Positions 1-21,020 of a DNA stretch of 64,000 bases are shown piece by piece; positions within the stretch are counted from its first letter, which is position 1; each line of letters starts with the position of its first letter. The stretch lies in NCBI RefSeq assembly GCF_009914755.1, contig NC_060939.1; one strand, written 5' to 3'. Below the pieces are notes generated by a model that saw only the letters and a list, made by a program, of their open reading frames with translations, was not told the DNA's origin and did no database searches. This stretch comes from the human T2T-CHM13v2.0 reference genome, Homo sapiens. A program made the position numbers and the translations under genes.

Positions 1-1761
1 AAGAAGTAGCTGTCAAAAATAAGGTAAAAGCATAATACCTGAATTTTTGACAAATTCTTGAGTCCGTTATGGCCTAGCATGAAAATTTAAAATCACTGAA
101 AGCCTCAGATATATAGTTCACAAAAATTCATCAGATTTTTTTCCAAGAGCCTTCCCATCAGAAGCTCATAAAGAATTGATGTCAAGGCAGGAGGACTGAT
201 AGAACCTTCCTCAAGGTCATAGTCACCCATTCATATCCTCCCACATCAACAAGAATTCTATACCCATCCACAGACAAAAATCTCTTTGTGGGAACCCTTT
301 AGATTCAAGTAGGAGATTGGGATATCTCAGTGAGCCCAAGACCTAGAAGGGTTATTTTGAGACCCACACCCAGGTGGCTGACTCACTGATTGTGGTCTCA
401 GCTTCAGACCTAGAAACAACCCTGCTCCCCAAAAGACATGGCTACAGCCTGTTTGGCCTTGAGCCTGCTACCAATATCATCCTTCATGGAGTCTGGGAGG
501 AATAACACATTCTAGTACCTTGGCAGACAGGCTCATCTACCTGCCAACATCAATTTCAGCAGTGGACCTGAAAGTTAGTCTATGACTTGGTAGTCTGGGA
601 ACTATGCTTCCTGCATAGAGATCTGTTTGGAGTCTCACCCTTGGTACCATTGGGTTGAGCTTGCCAACACAAGTCTCGTAGAAGACTTTTAAATAACCAT
701 GAAACTCAGTTTCAGCCCCTCCAAGAAGTAGACTGGGAGTGGTTATACCCACCTGGAGACTTGGAGGGAGGTATACCCAGGAGTGCCCCTGAAGGCTGAT
801 GCCCTGACCTCAGTCACATTATGCATTTTAAAATAACCTCATAGCCTTTCTCAGCTGCAGTCTGAAAGCATAACTGCTCACCCAGGAAACTCCTGGAAAA
901 CACACCTATCTGTGACACTAAAGACAGTCCTGAAGACCTTGGTGTCAGCTGTGGATGCTGAAATGACCTCGTGTTTCAGCTCCAGTCTGTCTCAGCAACA
1001 GACTGGGGCAGTACAGTGCCAGCCCAGGGACCCATCCAGTGATCCAATGGGATCTCTCCCAGAGACCTAGAGGAAGCCACACCCATCAGAACACCTGGTA
1101 ACAGGCCTGTCATATGTAAGCCCTGAAAAAGATCCTCATCCCAGTGCCAGCACCACAGACCAAGGTCCTGTAGACAGTCCAGTACACCTAGGGACCAAAT
1201 AGTACCCACACCCACTAAAGTCTCTGGTACCAGCCCTGCAAAACTTTCTCTCCAGTATGGACCTAGCATCAACCACAAGACCCTTATCCAGCCCTAATTT
1301 ATCGTGATCCCACAGGCAACTTCATCAGCCCAGAGATCTAACAGGAGAAGAATTTAACATGCCAAAAAACTCATCTGTGAAGACTGAAAGACGGGTTTTC
1401 CCCTTAAAATGCAGAGATCCAATGTAAGGTTATACAAACTACAATAAATCAGACAAACATGACACCACCAAAGCAAATTAGTAAACTCCAATAACTGACC
1501 CTAAGTTAGTGGAGATATGTAAATTGCCTGAAAAAGAATTCAAAATAATCATCTACAAGGAGCTAATGAGATGTAAGAAAATACAGGTAAACAACTAAAT
1601 AAAATTAGAAAGACATAAACAGAATGCTGAACAAAATGCATAAACAAAATGTGAAGTATAGGAGAAAATTAAAACCATAAAAAACTAAAGAAGAATCCTA
1701 GATCTGAAGAATACAATGACAGAACTGAAAAACTCAATGGTTTCAACAGCAGACTTAATCA

Positions 1762-2160
<399 letters not shown>

Positions 2161-2703
2161 TGAATAAAGCATAAGAGACCTGTGAAACACTATCAAATAT
2201 GTAAACATATGAATTATGAGAAGTCAGATGGAGAAAAAAAGAAAAGGGCAGAAAGCTTATTTATAGAAATATCTGAAAACTTCCCAAATCTTAGGAGAAA
2301 TAAGGAAAAAGAAATTCAGAAAACTCAAAGAATCTCCAGCAAGATCAACTCAAAAAAGAATACTCTGAGACATGTTACAATCGAGTTTTCAAAAACTGAA
2401 GACAAAGAAGTAATTTTAACGGCAGCAAGAGAGAAAAACTTACATAAAATAACTCCCATAGGCTATCAGCAGACTTCTCAACAGAAAATGCAAACAAGAT
2501 GGGAATGGAATGACATACTCAAAATGCTAAAAGAAAAACAAAAATGCCAAGCAAAAATACTATACCTAGCAAATTCGCGCTTCAAAAACATAAAAAGAGG
2601 TAAAGATGTTCCAAGACAAACAAAAGCTGAGGAAGTTCATCACCACGAGACTAACCTTATAAGACATGCTAAAGAGAGTTCTTCAAGTTAAAATGAAAGA
2701 AAG

Positions 2704-3030
2704 GGCCGGGCGTGGTGGCTCACGCCTGTAATCCCAGCACTTTGGGAAGCCGAGGTGGGCAAATCAGGAGGTCAGGAGATCGAGACCATCCTGGCTAACA
2801 TGGTGAAACCCCATCTCTACTAAAAATACAAAAAATAAATAAAATAAATAAAATTAGCTGGGTGTGGTGGCTGGCACCTGTAGTCCCAGCTATTCAGGTG
2901 GCTGAGGCAGGAGAATGGCGTGAACCTGGGAGGCGGAGCTTACAGTGAGCTGCGATCATGCCACTGCACTCCGGCCTGGGCGACAGAGTGAGACTCCGTC
3001 TCAAAAAAAATAAAAAAGAAAAAAAAAGAA
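2704..3030 (+). mobile_element. AluY
   Basis: Diagnostic GAGATCGAGACCATCCTGGCTAAC and GAATGGCGTGAACC; expanded A-rich linker; poly(A) tail. Confidence 0.93.
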
Positions 3031-4370
3031 AGATAAGTAACAATATAAAAACACAAAAGTGTAAAACTCACTGGTAAGGGAAATATATAGTCAAAACCAG
3101 AATACTGTTGTACTGTAGAAGCACTGTGTAATTCACTTTTAGTATCAGAGTTAGACAAATATATAAAAAACAACTATAATTGTAAACAATGAACAGATAC
3201 AAAATGTAAATAGATGTAAAGTGTGACATCAAAAGCATAAAATGTGGGATTGAAATATAAGTTTAGAATCTCTGTATATGATTGAAGATAAGGTACTTTA
3301 AACTGAAATTAGAAAATTTAAGCTATAAAAGCTATTTTATATAAGCCTCTTGGTAACCACAAAGAAAAAAAACCTCTAGTAGTCATACAAAAGATAGAGA
3401 AAAAGAAAGCGTACCACTAAAAAGTACAACATATCATAAAGAAAGACACTAGGATTATAAGGAACAAAATAACTACAAAACAATCGGTAAAAAATCATCA
3501 AAATGCCAGTAGTAAGTCCTTACCTATTAATTATTCCTTTAAATGTAAATTAATTATCCAATCAAAATACCTGAGTAGTTAAATGGATATAAAAACAAAC
3601 AAGATCCAGCAATATACTGCCTAAAGACACTCACTTTAGCCTTAAGAGCTCACAAACACCGAGTGAAGAGATGGTAAAATATATTCCACACACATAGAAA
3701 CCAGAAGAGACCCAGGTGACTATACTTTTAACAAATAAAATAGACTTTAAGTCAAAAATGGTTTTTAAAATGTTTTAAAAGGTTATTTTATAATAATAAA
3801 GGGGTCAATTCATCAAAAATATAAAACATTTTTAACATATATGTACCTAACATTGGAACATCTAAATATGCAAAACAAATATTAATAGATCCAGGGGTGA
3901 GATAGACTGCAATACATAATAGTAGAGGACTTTTGATAATGGATGGACCAACCAAACAGAAAATCAATAGGGAAACAGTGGACTTTAATAACATTTTAGA
4001 ACTAAAAGACCTAACTGACATATACAAAACATTCCATCCAACAGCAGCAGAACACACATTCTTCTCAAGCACACATAGTCCTTTCTCTAGGATAGATGAT
4101 ATATTAAGACAAAAAACAACTCTTAACAAATTTAAAAAGATTGAAATTATATCATGTCTTTTCAGCATACTAGAATTAAACTAGGAAACAATAATGGGAG
4201 TTATTTTGGAAAATTAACAAATACGTGGGAAATTAATCAACATGATCCTGAACAACCAATGGGTCAAGAAAAATTTTAAAGAAAAATTAAAAAAAAATTG
4301 AGACAAATTAAAACTAAAACATAAAATTCCAAAACATGATATGCAACAATAGCGATTCCCAGGTGGTAGT

Positions 4371-4821
4371 CGCTGTGGTTTGTTTGTTCCCACCAAATAT
4401 CATTTTGAAATTTGATCCCCAGTATGTCTGTGTTACAAGGTAGGATCTAGTGGTAGATATTTTGGTCATGGTAGAAGATCCTTTATGAATGACTTGGGGT
4501 CAGTTTCATTGTAGTGAATGAGTTCTCATTCTTTTGAGGCTACATTGGTTCTCGAGGAAACAGATTAGTTCCCAAGAAAGTGGGTTGTTATAAAGAAGGA
4601 AACCTCTGGGTTTGGTCCCTCCTCACACATGCCCACTTCCCCGTTGACTTTCTTCACCATATTTTGATGCAGCACAAAAGCCCCTACCAGAAGCCATGCA
4701 GATACTGGTACCATGTTTCTTTTACAGCCTGCAGAACCATAAGATAAATAAAGCTCCTTTCTTTATAATAAATTACCCAGCCTCAGGTATTCCTATATAA
4801 CAACAATAACAGACGAAGGCA
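4371..4821 (+). mobile_element. MaLR solo LTR (MSTB-like) inserted in L1 ORF2
   Basis: MST-type ends (CGCTGTGGTTTG...TTACCCAGCCTCAGGTATTCC...GACGAAGGCA); degenerate 5-bp TSD GTAGT/GAAGT; the L1 resumes in register. Confidence 0.85.
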
Positions 4822-6126
4822 GAAGTTTGTAGAAATAATTGCCTACATCAAAAAAGAAGAAAGATTTCAAACAAACAACTAAACATTCCACCTCAAGGAA
4901 TTAAACAATAAAGAGCAAACTAAGACCAAAGTCAGAAAAAGGAAGAAAGTAATAAAAATCAGAACATAAATAACTGAAATAAATACTAAAAAGATAATAT
5001 AAAAGATCAACAAAATGAAGAGCTCATTTTTAAATAGAAAAATAAAATCAATAAACTTTTAGTCAAAGAAAAAAGAGACTAAGACTTAAATAAAATTAGA
5101 AAAGAAAGAGGAGACATTATAATTGATAAGACAGATATACAAAGGAGTATAAGAAACCACTATGAACAATTCTATGCCTACAAATTGGATAACCTAGAAG
5201 AAATGGATAAATTTGTAGACACATAAACCTCAAAGTCTGATTAAAGAAGAAATAGAAGATCTGAACAGTCAAAGAGTAAGGAGGGTGACTCAATAGTATA
5301 ACAATCTCCCATCAAAGACAAAAGTCCTGGATCAGATGGCTTCACAGCAGAATTCCACAAACGTTTAAAGAATAACTAATACAAATGTTTCTCAAACCTC
5401 TTCCAAAAAATCAAAGACTATGAAATACTTCCAGACTCATATTTTGAGGCCAACATTGTCCTAATACCAAAGTCAGAGAAAGATACTACAAGAAAATAAA
5501 AATTATAGGCCAATATCACTGATGAACATAGATGCAAAAATCCTGAACAAAGTAATAGCAAAACAAATTCAACAACACTTTAAAAGGATCATTCACTGTG
5601 ATCAAGGGTTGTTTATCCCTGGGATACAAGGATGGTTCAACGTCTGCAAATAAATAAATTTGATACCCACATTAATGGAATGAAGGACAAAAACATTACA
5701 GTCATCAAAATAGAAAGAAAAAAGCATTTGACAAAATTCAAAATGCTTTTATGTTAAAAACTCTAAAGAAATTAGACATAGAAGGAATCTATATACAATA
5801 AGGGCTATAAATGAAAAGTCCATAGCTAACCTCCCACTCAGTAACAGATAATTAAAAGCTTTTCTTTTAAGATCAGAAAAAAAACAAGGATGCCTACTTA
5901 ACTATTCAACATATTAATGGAAGTTCTAGCCAGAGCAATAAACAAGAAAAAGAAATAAAAATATTCAAATAGGAATGAAAGAAATAAAATTCTGTTTGTT
6001 AATGACATGATCTTCTATATAGAAAATTCTAATGATTCCACCAAAAAACTATTAGAACTGACAAATTAATTCAGTAAATTTGAAAAATACAATATAAACA
6101 CACACAAATTAGAAGATTTATTTACA

Positions 6127-6519
6127 TTTTCTTAATCCAGTCTATCATTGTTGGACATTTGGGTTGGTTCCAGGTCTTTGCTATTGTGAATAGTGCCACA
6201 ATAAACATACGTGTGCATGTGTCTTTATAGCAGCATGATTTATAATCCTTTGGGTATATACCCAGTAATGGGATGGCTGGGTCAAATGGTATTTCTAGTT
6301 CTAGATCCCTGAGGAATCCCCACACTGTCTTCCACGATGGTTGAACCAGTTTACAGTCCCACCAACAGTGTAAAAGTGTTCCTATTTCTCCACATCCTCT
6401 CCAGCACCTGTTGTTTCTTGACTTTTTAATGATCGCCATTCTAACTGGTGTGAGATGGTATCTCATTGTGGTTTTGATTTGCATTTCTCTGATGGCCATA
6501 TAATAAAAAAAAAGAAAAA
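6127..6519 (-). mobile_element. Young L1PA (about PA3-PA4) inverted insertion covering the ORF2 C-terminal cysteine-rich region
   Basis: ORF 6122..6499 (-) reads [18 protein letters not shown]...[14 protein letters not shown], near-identical to human ORF2p. It is followed on + by TATAATAAAAAAAAAGAAAAA and flanked by the 14-bp TSD AAGATTTATTTACA (6113-6126, 6520-6533). Confidence 0.93.
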
Positions 6520-7179
6520 AAGATTTATTTACACTAACAACAAACCATTTTTAAAAAAAGAAATCAATACAATTCACAATAGCATTTAAACATGAAATAC
6601 TTTGGAGTAAACCGAAACAAAGAAATGAAAAATCTGTATATGAAAAGGTATAAAACATTTATGAAAAAAATAGTAGACACAAATAAATGGAAAAACATCT
6701 CACATTTATGGATTGGAAGAATTAATATTGCTAAAAAGCCCATACCACTCAAAAAGAACCACAGATTTAATGTAGTCCCTATCAAAAATTCGAAAACAAT
6801 TCTAAAATTCATCTGGCACCATGAAGAGTAAATAGCCAAAACATCTTAAGCAAAAAGAACAAATTTGGAGGCATTATACTTGCTGCCTTCAAGCTCTATG
6901 TCAATCATTTAGTTATCAAAACAGAAATGGTACTGGCATAAAAACAGACACATTGGCCAATCAAACAGGATAATGAGCCCAGAAATGAACCCAGGCATTT
7001 ATGGTCAATTGATTTTCAACAAAAATGCCAAGAACATGTAATGGAGAAAGGAAAGTGTTTGTAATAAATGGTGTTGGGAAACCTAGATATCCACAGGCAG
7101 AAGAATGAAATTCAATTCTCATTTTATACTGTATACCAAAATCAACTTAAAATGGATCAAAGACTTAAATGTAATATTA

Positions 7180-7641
<462 letters not shown>

Positions 7642-7950
7642 TTATAGAGTGAAGAGACAACCCTCAGATAGGAAAAAATAATTTTCACATTGTAGATCTG
7701 GTAAGTAGTGAATATCCAAAATACATAAAGAATTTGAACTTAATAGCAAGAAGAAAAAAAAATTGCAAAATGGGCAAAAGATCCAAATAGATATTTCTCA
7801 AAATAAGACATACAAATGACCAACAAATATATATTTTAAAATACTCAACATCACTCATCATTAGGGAAATAAAAATTCAAAGTACAATGATATATCACCT
7901 AACACCTATTAGAGTGGCTATTATTTAAAAAACAAAACAAAACAAAACAC

Positions 7951-8315
<365 letters not shown>

Positions 8316-8559
8316 TTATGTACTGCAGATGAGAATATAAATTAATACAGCCATTATGGAAGTAGTATGCAGGTTCCTTAGAAAACATAATAAAATTACC
8401 ATATAATTCAGCAATCTCAAGGCTGGGTGTATATCCAAAAAAAAAAAAAGTGGAATCAGTATGCTGAAGAGATATTTCCACTTCTATGTTCATTGCAGCA
8501 TTATTCACAATTACCAAGTTGTGGATTCAACCTAAGTGCCATCAGCAAAAGAAAGAAGG

Positions 8560-14410
<5,851 letters not shown>

Positions 14411-14412
<2 letters not shown>

Positions 14413-15583
14413 GGTAATCACCATTTTGAATATTTTCATACTTAATATATAAGTGAGATCATGTGGTATTTGTTTTATTGTTCCTGGTTTATTTCACTTA
14501 ACATAATGCCCTCCATGTTAATTCATATTGTCATAAATAACAAGATTTGCTTCCTTTTTAAAGCCAAATAGTATTCTATTCCATATATATACACCACATT
14601 TGCTTTATCTATTCATTTATTGATGGTACTTAGGTCGATTTTATGACTTTCTATTTTGAATAATGTTGCAGTGAACAGGGATTGCAGATATTTCTTCACT
14701 GTAACGATTTTGATTTGAACTATTTTGGATAGAATGGCAAAGTGGAATTGCCAGGTAATATGTTAATTATATTCTTTAACTTTTTAAGAAACTTCCATAC
14801 TATTTCATAATGATGGTACCAACTTACTTTCCCATCAACAGGGTACAAAGTTTCCCTTTTCTCTACATTCTCACTGGTACTTGTTATCTTTTGTCTTTTT
14901 GATAATAGCCATTCTAACAGATGTAAGGTGATATCTCATTGTAGTTATGATTTGCCTTTCCCTCATGATTAGTGATACTGAGTATTTTTCACATACCTTT
15001 TGGTATGTATATGTATTCTTTTTAAAAATATATATTCAAGGCCTTTGCCCACTTTCTACCTGGGGTCTTTATTTATTTGCTATTGAGTTGTTTGAAGGCC
15101 TTACATATTTTGCATATTCATTCTTTATCAGATGTATGGTTTGTAAACATATTCTTACATTCTGTAGGTTGTAGGTTGTCTGTACTCTGTTGATTTTTTT
15201 CTTTTTCTGTGCAGGAGCTTTTCAGTTTGACACAATCTCATTTGTCTGTTTTTGTTTGTATGTCCAAAAATATCTTTACCTTGACCGATATCATGGAGCT
15301 TTTCCTCCTACGTTTTCCTCTAGTATTTTTTAGTTTCAGGTCTTACACTTAAATCTTTAATCCATTTTGAGTTGGTTTTTATAGATGGTGTGAGATTAAG
15401 GTCTAATTTCATTTTTCTTCATGTAGATATCTGGTTTTCCAGTACTATTTATTAAAGAGACTGTCCTTTTCCCCATTTTATGTTTTTGGCATCTTTATTG
15501 AAAACAAATTGATCATAAATGCATGGATTTATTTCTGGGCTCTCTATACTATTCTATTTGTCTATGTGTCTGTTTTTATACCA
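14411..15583 (-). mobile_element. L1MA-type 3' fragment, antisense
   Basis: Antisense L1 3' text (ATAAGTGAGATCATG...TTTATTTCACTTAACATAATG; GATAATAGCCATTCTAACAGATGTAAGGTGATATCTCATTG; CTATGTGTCTGTTTTTATACCA). Confidence 0.88.
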
Positions 15584-16342
15584 AAAATATGCAAAAAACG
15601 CTTAACAACTCAAATATAAGAAAACAAACAACCTGCCTTAAAAATAAGCCAAAGACCTTAAGAGACATCTCACCAAAGAGCATAATAGAGGACAAATAAG
15701 TATATGAAAAGGCATTTCACATCATATGTCATTAGGGAAATGTAAATTTAAACGAGATATAAGTACAGCCTTATTAGCATAGCTAACATTCAGAGCACTG
15801 ACAACAACAAATGCAAAGACGTGGAGCAACAGGTACTCTCATCCATCAGTGGTGGGAATGCAAAATGATGTAGTCCTTTAGCAGGACACTGGCAGTTTCT
15901 TATAAAACTAAACATACTTTCACCATACGATTTAGCAATTGCACTCTTTGGTGTTTATGCAAAGGAGTTAAAAATGACCACACAAAAACCTGCACTAAGA
16001 TTTTTATAGCAGGAGAGAGGTATGAACTGGCCGAGCACAGAAGACTTTTGGGGCAGCAAAATTCACTCTGTATGATAATACAATGATGGATACATGTCAT
16101 TACACATTTGGCCAAATCCATACAACACCAAGAGTGAACCCTAATATAGACTTTGCATGAGAATGATGTGTCAATGTAGTTTCATCCGTTGTAACAAATC
16201 TACCACTGTAATGGGAATATTGATCATGGAGGAGATGATGCAACTGTAGGGGCAGGGTATATATGGGAAATCTTTGTACCTTCCATTCAATTTTGCTGTG
16301 AAACTAAAACAGCTCTAAAAAATAGTCTACTAATAAAAAAAA
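15584..16342 (+). mobile_element. L1MC-type 3' end
   Basis: Recalled L1MC1/2 3' UTR motifs (ACACCAAGAGTGAACCCTAAT; TTTTGCTGTGAAACTAAAACAGCTCTAAAAAATAGTCTA) and an A-rich end. Confidence 0.8.
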
Positions 16343-16344
16343 GT

Positions 16345-16460
16345 CACACAGATTCTACCTCAGTAGCTCTGAGGTGGCATCCTGAAATCAACATTTTAAC
16401 AGGCATTCCATATGATTCTGATGCATGTGATCTATGGATTTCACTTACAGAAGCAACTAA
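16345..16460. mobile_element. MER5-like hAT-Charlie fossil
   Basis: CAGATTCT..CAGTAG.TCTGAGGTGG...CATTTTAACAGG...TGATTCTGATGCA motif. Confidence 0.6.
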
Positions 16461-17020
16461 GCTGCAACACTAATGAATTTTCATAGAGTAGGCATATTTT
16501 GCTGATTCAATGATAGTTTGTACTTTCTCAATTATTTATACCAAAACCAAGTACCACCAGGTTGAGTTGGTAGAAGTCATGAAAATGGCAACTGTGGTCT
16601 AGAAGACATGACTCTTCTGGAATATAGTGGAAAAATCTCACCAACCCCACCTCTAAATTGAGGGTTAAACAACAAATATCTACTACTACAATACTAGTGT
16701 ATACTAACTAAAGACTCACAGCTAAAAACTCGTAATAAAGGTTTTTTATTAAGTGGTAGTGGTAGAATCTAAGGTGCCCTGAAAGCTCAGTGGGTAAAGC
16801 TATTTTTAGGCAGGCTGTCTTTATACTGATAGGCAAGTTGTATTCCATGGGGATCTATATATTTGTCAACTTGATCTTGATTACTGTATCATACTGGCAC
16901 TAAACAAAGTTAAACAGAGCTTAAAAACCACCAAATTTCTATCAGCAAGCTACTGCAATCTAAGAAGATGATAGAGATGAGAGTAAATGCAATGAGATAC
17001 ATGGCATTAAATTACTAGTA

Positions 17021-17342
17021 TTTTATTTTATTTTATTTTATTTTATTATTTTATTTTCTTATGAGACAGAGTCTCGCTCCATCTCCCAGGCTGGAGTGCA
17101 GTGGCACAATCTCAGCTCACTGCAACCTCCGCCCTTGGGTTCAAGCAATTCTCCTGCCTCAGCCTCCCAAGTAGCTGGGATTACAGGAGCACGCTGCTAT
17201 GCTCGGCTAAATTTTTGTATTTTAGTAGAGATGAGGTTTCACCGTGTTGCCCAGGATGGTTTCGAACTTCTGAGCTCAGGAAATCCGCCCACCTCAGCCT
17301 CCCAAAGTACTAGGATTACAGTCGTGAGCCACCGTGCCCAGC
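17021..17342 (-). mobile_element. Alu (AluS)
   Basis: Antisense full Alu with (TTTTA)n tail. Confidence 0.95.
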
Positions 17343-18802
17343 TACAGTCTTTTATATCCTCTTTCCCAATCATATTCATTATAATGAAATTTGTCATCTA
17401 CTTAATTTTAAATATTTTCTATCTTTGTAGCTGCATACTTTTCAGCCTGCTAAACAATGAATACACAAGAGAGCTCTGAGTATAAATTTATTTGTTTTGA
17501 ATGACAGTTTGCATTTTTTTAGTAACACATACTTAAATAACACAGCATTATCTATCCTAGGAGAATTTTCCTTGTAGCTATTTCCTATATTGTGTGAGAA
17601 AATTTGCAAACTGAATGCCACATTAACATATTCATTTAATAAGGTCATGAGATAATGTGTAAAGCACTGTCTGCCCCTTCTCTTTCAAATATTTAAATGG
17701 AAAAATTTCCTTTTCAAATTCCAACTTTCAGGTTTTCAGGCAAATGACATTATGCAGCAATTTAAGGGTAGACTTGGTGTTAGCAATAATGCTACTTTGT
17801 CATCTCACCTTTCTCTCAGCACTGGCAAGTCAGGTTCTGCAGCTGAAAGGACTGAATGACTCTTGAGTCACAACTTTTTTAATTTTTTTTTGGTAAAGAA
17901 AATAACATTGGCGTTATGATGATTCAGAACTACAAAGCAAATAATGTCCATCTTGTAGAGTCCTGTTCTGTACCACTTGACTTTCAGAAGCAACCATTTC
18001 ATAAAAGTCCTATTTACTTTTCCTTTAATTTACAATTATTGAAATTTTCATAAGGATTTTGCAACAGCACTAGACATCACATCCTGCCAGGAAAGAATTA
18101 TAACTTTGTTGAAGCCTGAACTGACAGCTAACTCATAAAAATGAATGACATTCTATATCATAACATCTCATAGGCTGTTCAGAATTTTAATGGCTTACTT
18201 CATCTTTCTTTAGCATAATGAGGCAGACAGTATAACAATATTCAACATGAAAATGAAGATGAAGAAAATACGAATTGAGGCAGGAAAGTAACATTTAATA
18301 AGATTCAGACAACATTCAGATTAAAAGTTTCAATTAGCAAGCTTTTTATCACAAAAAAGCTTTGTTACCCAAGACCAATTACTATTTTGAAAAATGTTTA
18401 TCTGTAGACACACTTAGCTCTTCAGTCTCTGTTTCTAATATGAGTCCCAAAGTTTCTTACCCAATTCAGCACTGCAAGATTCATTGAATCAGATGAAACT
18501 ATAACAGGTCATTGAGCTAAAATGATTATAAAATATATTTTAGACATGTAACTGAGATAATATTTATGTCTGTGAAAATGGTTCTCTAATCCAGAAGCCT
18601 TGTATTTCTACATTTTAAAAAATTCTGCAGTTTATATTTGGATTGAACTTATTCAAGAGACAGTTGAGGGCATGTGAATTTAAATATATATATTATATAA
18701 ATATGTCATATAAATATATGTTTATAAATATATAAAATATTGTTTTAATATTTTTATGTATTTATCATTTTGAATGAAAAGAGCAATAACCACAAAGAAT
18801 GG

Positions 18803-18872
18803 ATGAAATAAAGTCAGATTCTCATAGTAGCATATAAATGAAACAAAGTCAGATTCTTATAGTAGCATATAA
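18803..18872. repeat. 35-bp tandem duplication (2 copies)
   Basis: ATGAAA(T/C)AAAGTCAGATTCT(C/T)ATAGTAGCATATAA at 18803 and 18838; 2 mismatches. Confidence 0.9.
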
Positions 18873-19923
18873 AACTTGAAACTGTTCACTCATCTTTGCA
18901 AAATTATACTACAATTTGCACCTAAACAGGGTATTTGGGTTTTTGTATTTTTATATAGAATCAGCCTAGTTAGAGATATTTAGTTTGTCATCTTTCTATA
19001 TATTTGATGTATCAATACAGCACATTTTTGGTTAGTTATGATGCCTGAACTGACCAAATGAAGCAGACAGAAAGAGAAAGTAGTTAAGGTCAGCATCAGA
19101 TGGGGCAAATGTGAATTCTGAAGCTGAATACAAATCGAGGGAGGTGAAAGTGACTAGTGACAAGTTAGCTGTGCCTGATATACTGCCTGTGAAACAATGA
19201 GTAAGAAAATAATAATGTAACATATTTGAGTGTTGCCATATCTCCCATGTAACTTATTCATGGTGTCAGAAGACATCAAAATAATAGAAAATAAAAATGT
19301 GTTCTTCACATTTTAAAATAACTGAGATTTATTGTAGTCTAATTAAATTTTGCTCCTCACTTTTCAAAATGTTAGATCACTGCCAAAACCCTTTAATGAG
19401 TGCTGTATCATTAGTAGTGATTTGAGACTTCTAGAAACTTGTGTGTTTAGTTACATTCTTTAAATTTATCTTTATAATTCTTCTTTAATTTGGATGACAT
19501 CTAGTTTTTTTTTTAGATGAGTGCAGAGTTTCATGACTATACCAACTAAACTTTTTTGTTGTTGTTTTTCTGAGTCAATGCTAATTGCACATGTGTTTTC
19601 ATGTATTACCTAACTGTCTCAAGGTCTTTAAATTACAGCTTGAATTTTCATTCAGTGCTTCAATTACTATGGACTCTTATGGGTACATTACAAATTTTTT
19701 AGTGGAATTACTAAATAGTTGTAGATTTAATGATTTGTTGAATTCTTTGAATTTATCATATCGTGTTAATTTTATCTTGGAAGGTTTTCCTATATTTATC
19801 CATTGTATCTAATATTTGTTCCATTAATAATTATAAATTCTGGTATGGGTAACTTCTAATTATAAATAAAAGTAAGAATTACTTCAATTTTCTTTCCTTT
19901 TCATGATTGCCCTAGTTTTTTAG

Positions 19924-20344
<421 letters not shown>

Positions 20345-20789
20345 TGAGATTTGCTGTTGTTAAATAGTGTATCTTTGAGATCATGCAATTCAGTGTTTCT
20401 TTTCACAAGGTCAAGAAAACATATTTTGAAAGGATTATGAAGTAAAGGAGAGACTGGGCCTCTTTTCTGGCCCTAGTTGTCATTGATGATACCTATATAA
20501 GTGGTTTAATATTCCTGCATATGAACTTGTCCCAGAAACAAAATGGACAGATTCTTTCTGTTTTACTTTTTCACTTAGGTTGATCTATTTTTCTTCTTTG
20601 TTGTCCAATTGAAGCAAAGTCTTTAAACTTACCAAATTTCAAAAGAGTAAAGCAACTTTCAGGAATGGTATAGGCCCAACCAAGGAGCGGAGATGCTATA
20701 AAAGGGTAGTGCAACCATTTGAGTTAACAGCCCAGAAACAATAAGGAGCTGAATTCTCAGGAGGACCCAGAAGTGCATTCAACATCCTG

Positions 20790-21020
20790 GTTATGGCATG
20801 GGTTTTAAAAATCATAGTTATAATACAGATTTGAATCACACTGACAGTGCAGCTTTTGACACATTAACTCTTACTTCTTTGTGCCTTTTTTTCCATAAAC
20901 ATAACAGGAATAGCAAAACCTGCTTCTGAATGTTGACATAAGGAGTAAACAAAATAATGAAGGAATGTGATCATCACAGTATTTAGCAAATAATGGGAAT
21001 GTTAAATAGTAAGCTATTTG
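20790..21020 (+). mobile_element. MIR (degenerate)
   Basis: MIR-like order: GATTTGAATC...CTTCTTTGTGCCT...AATAGCAAAACCTGCTTC...AAATAATG...AGCTATT. Confidence 0.5.
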
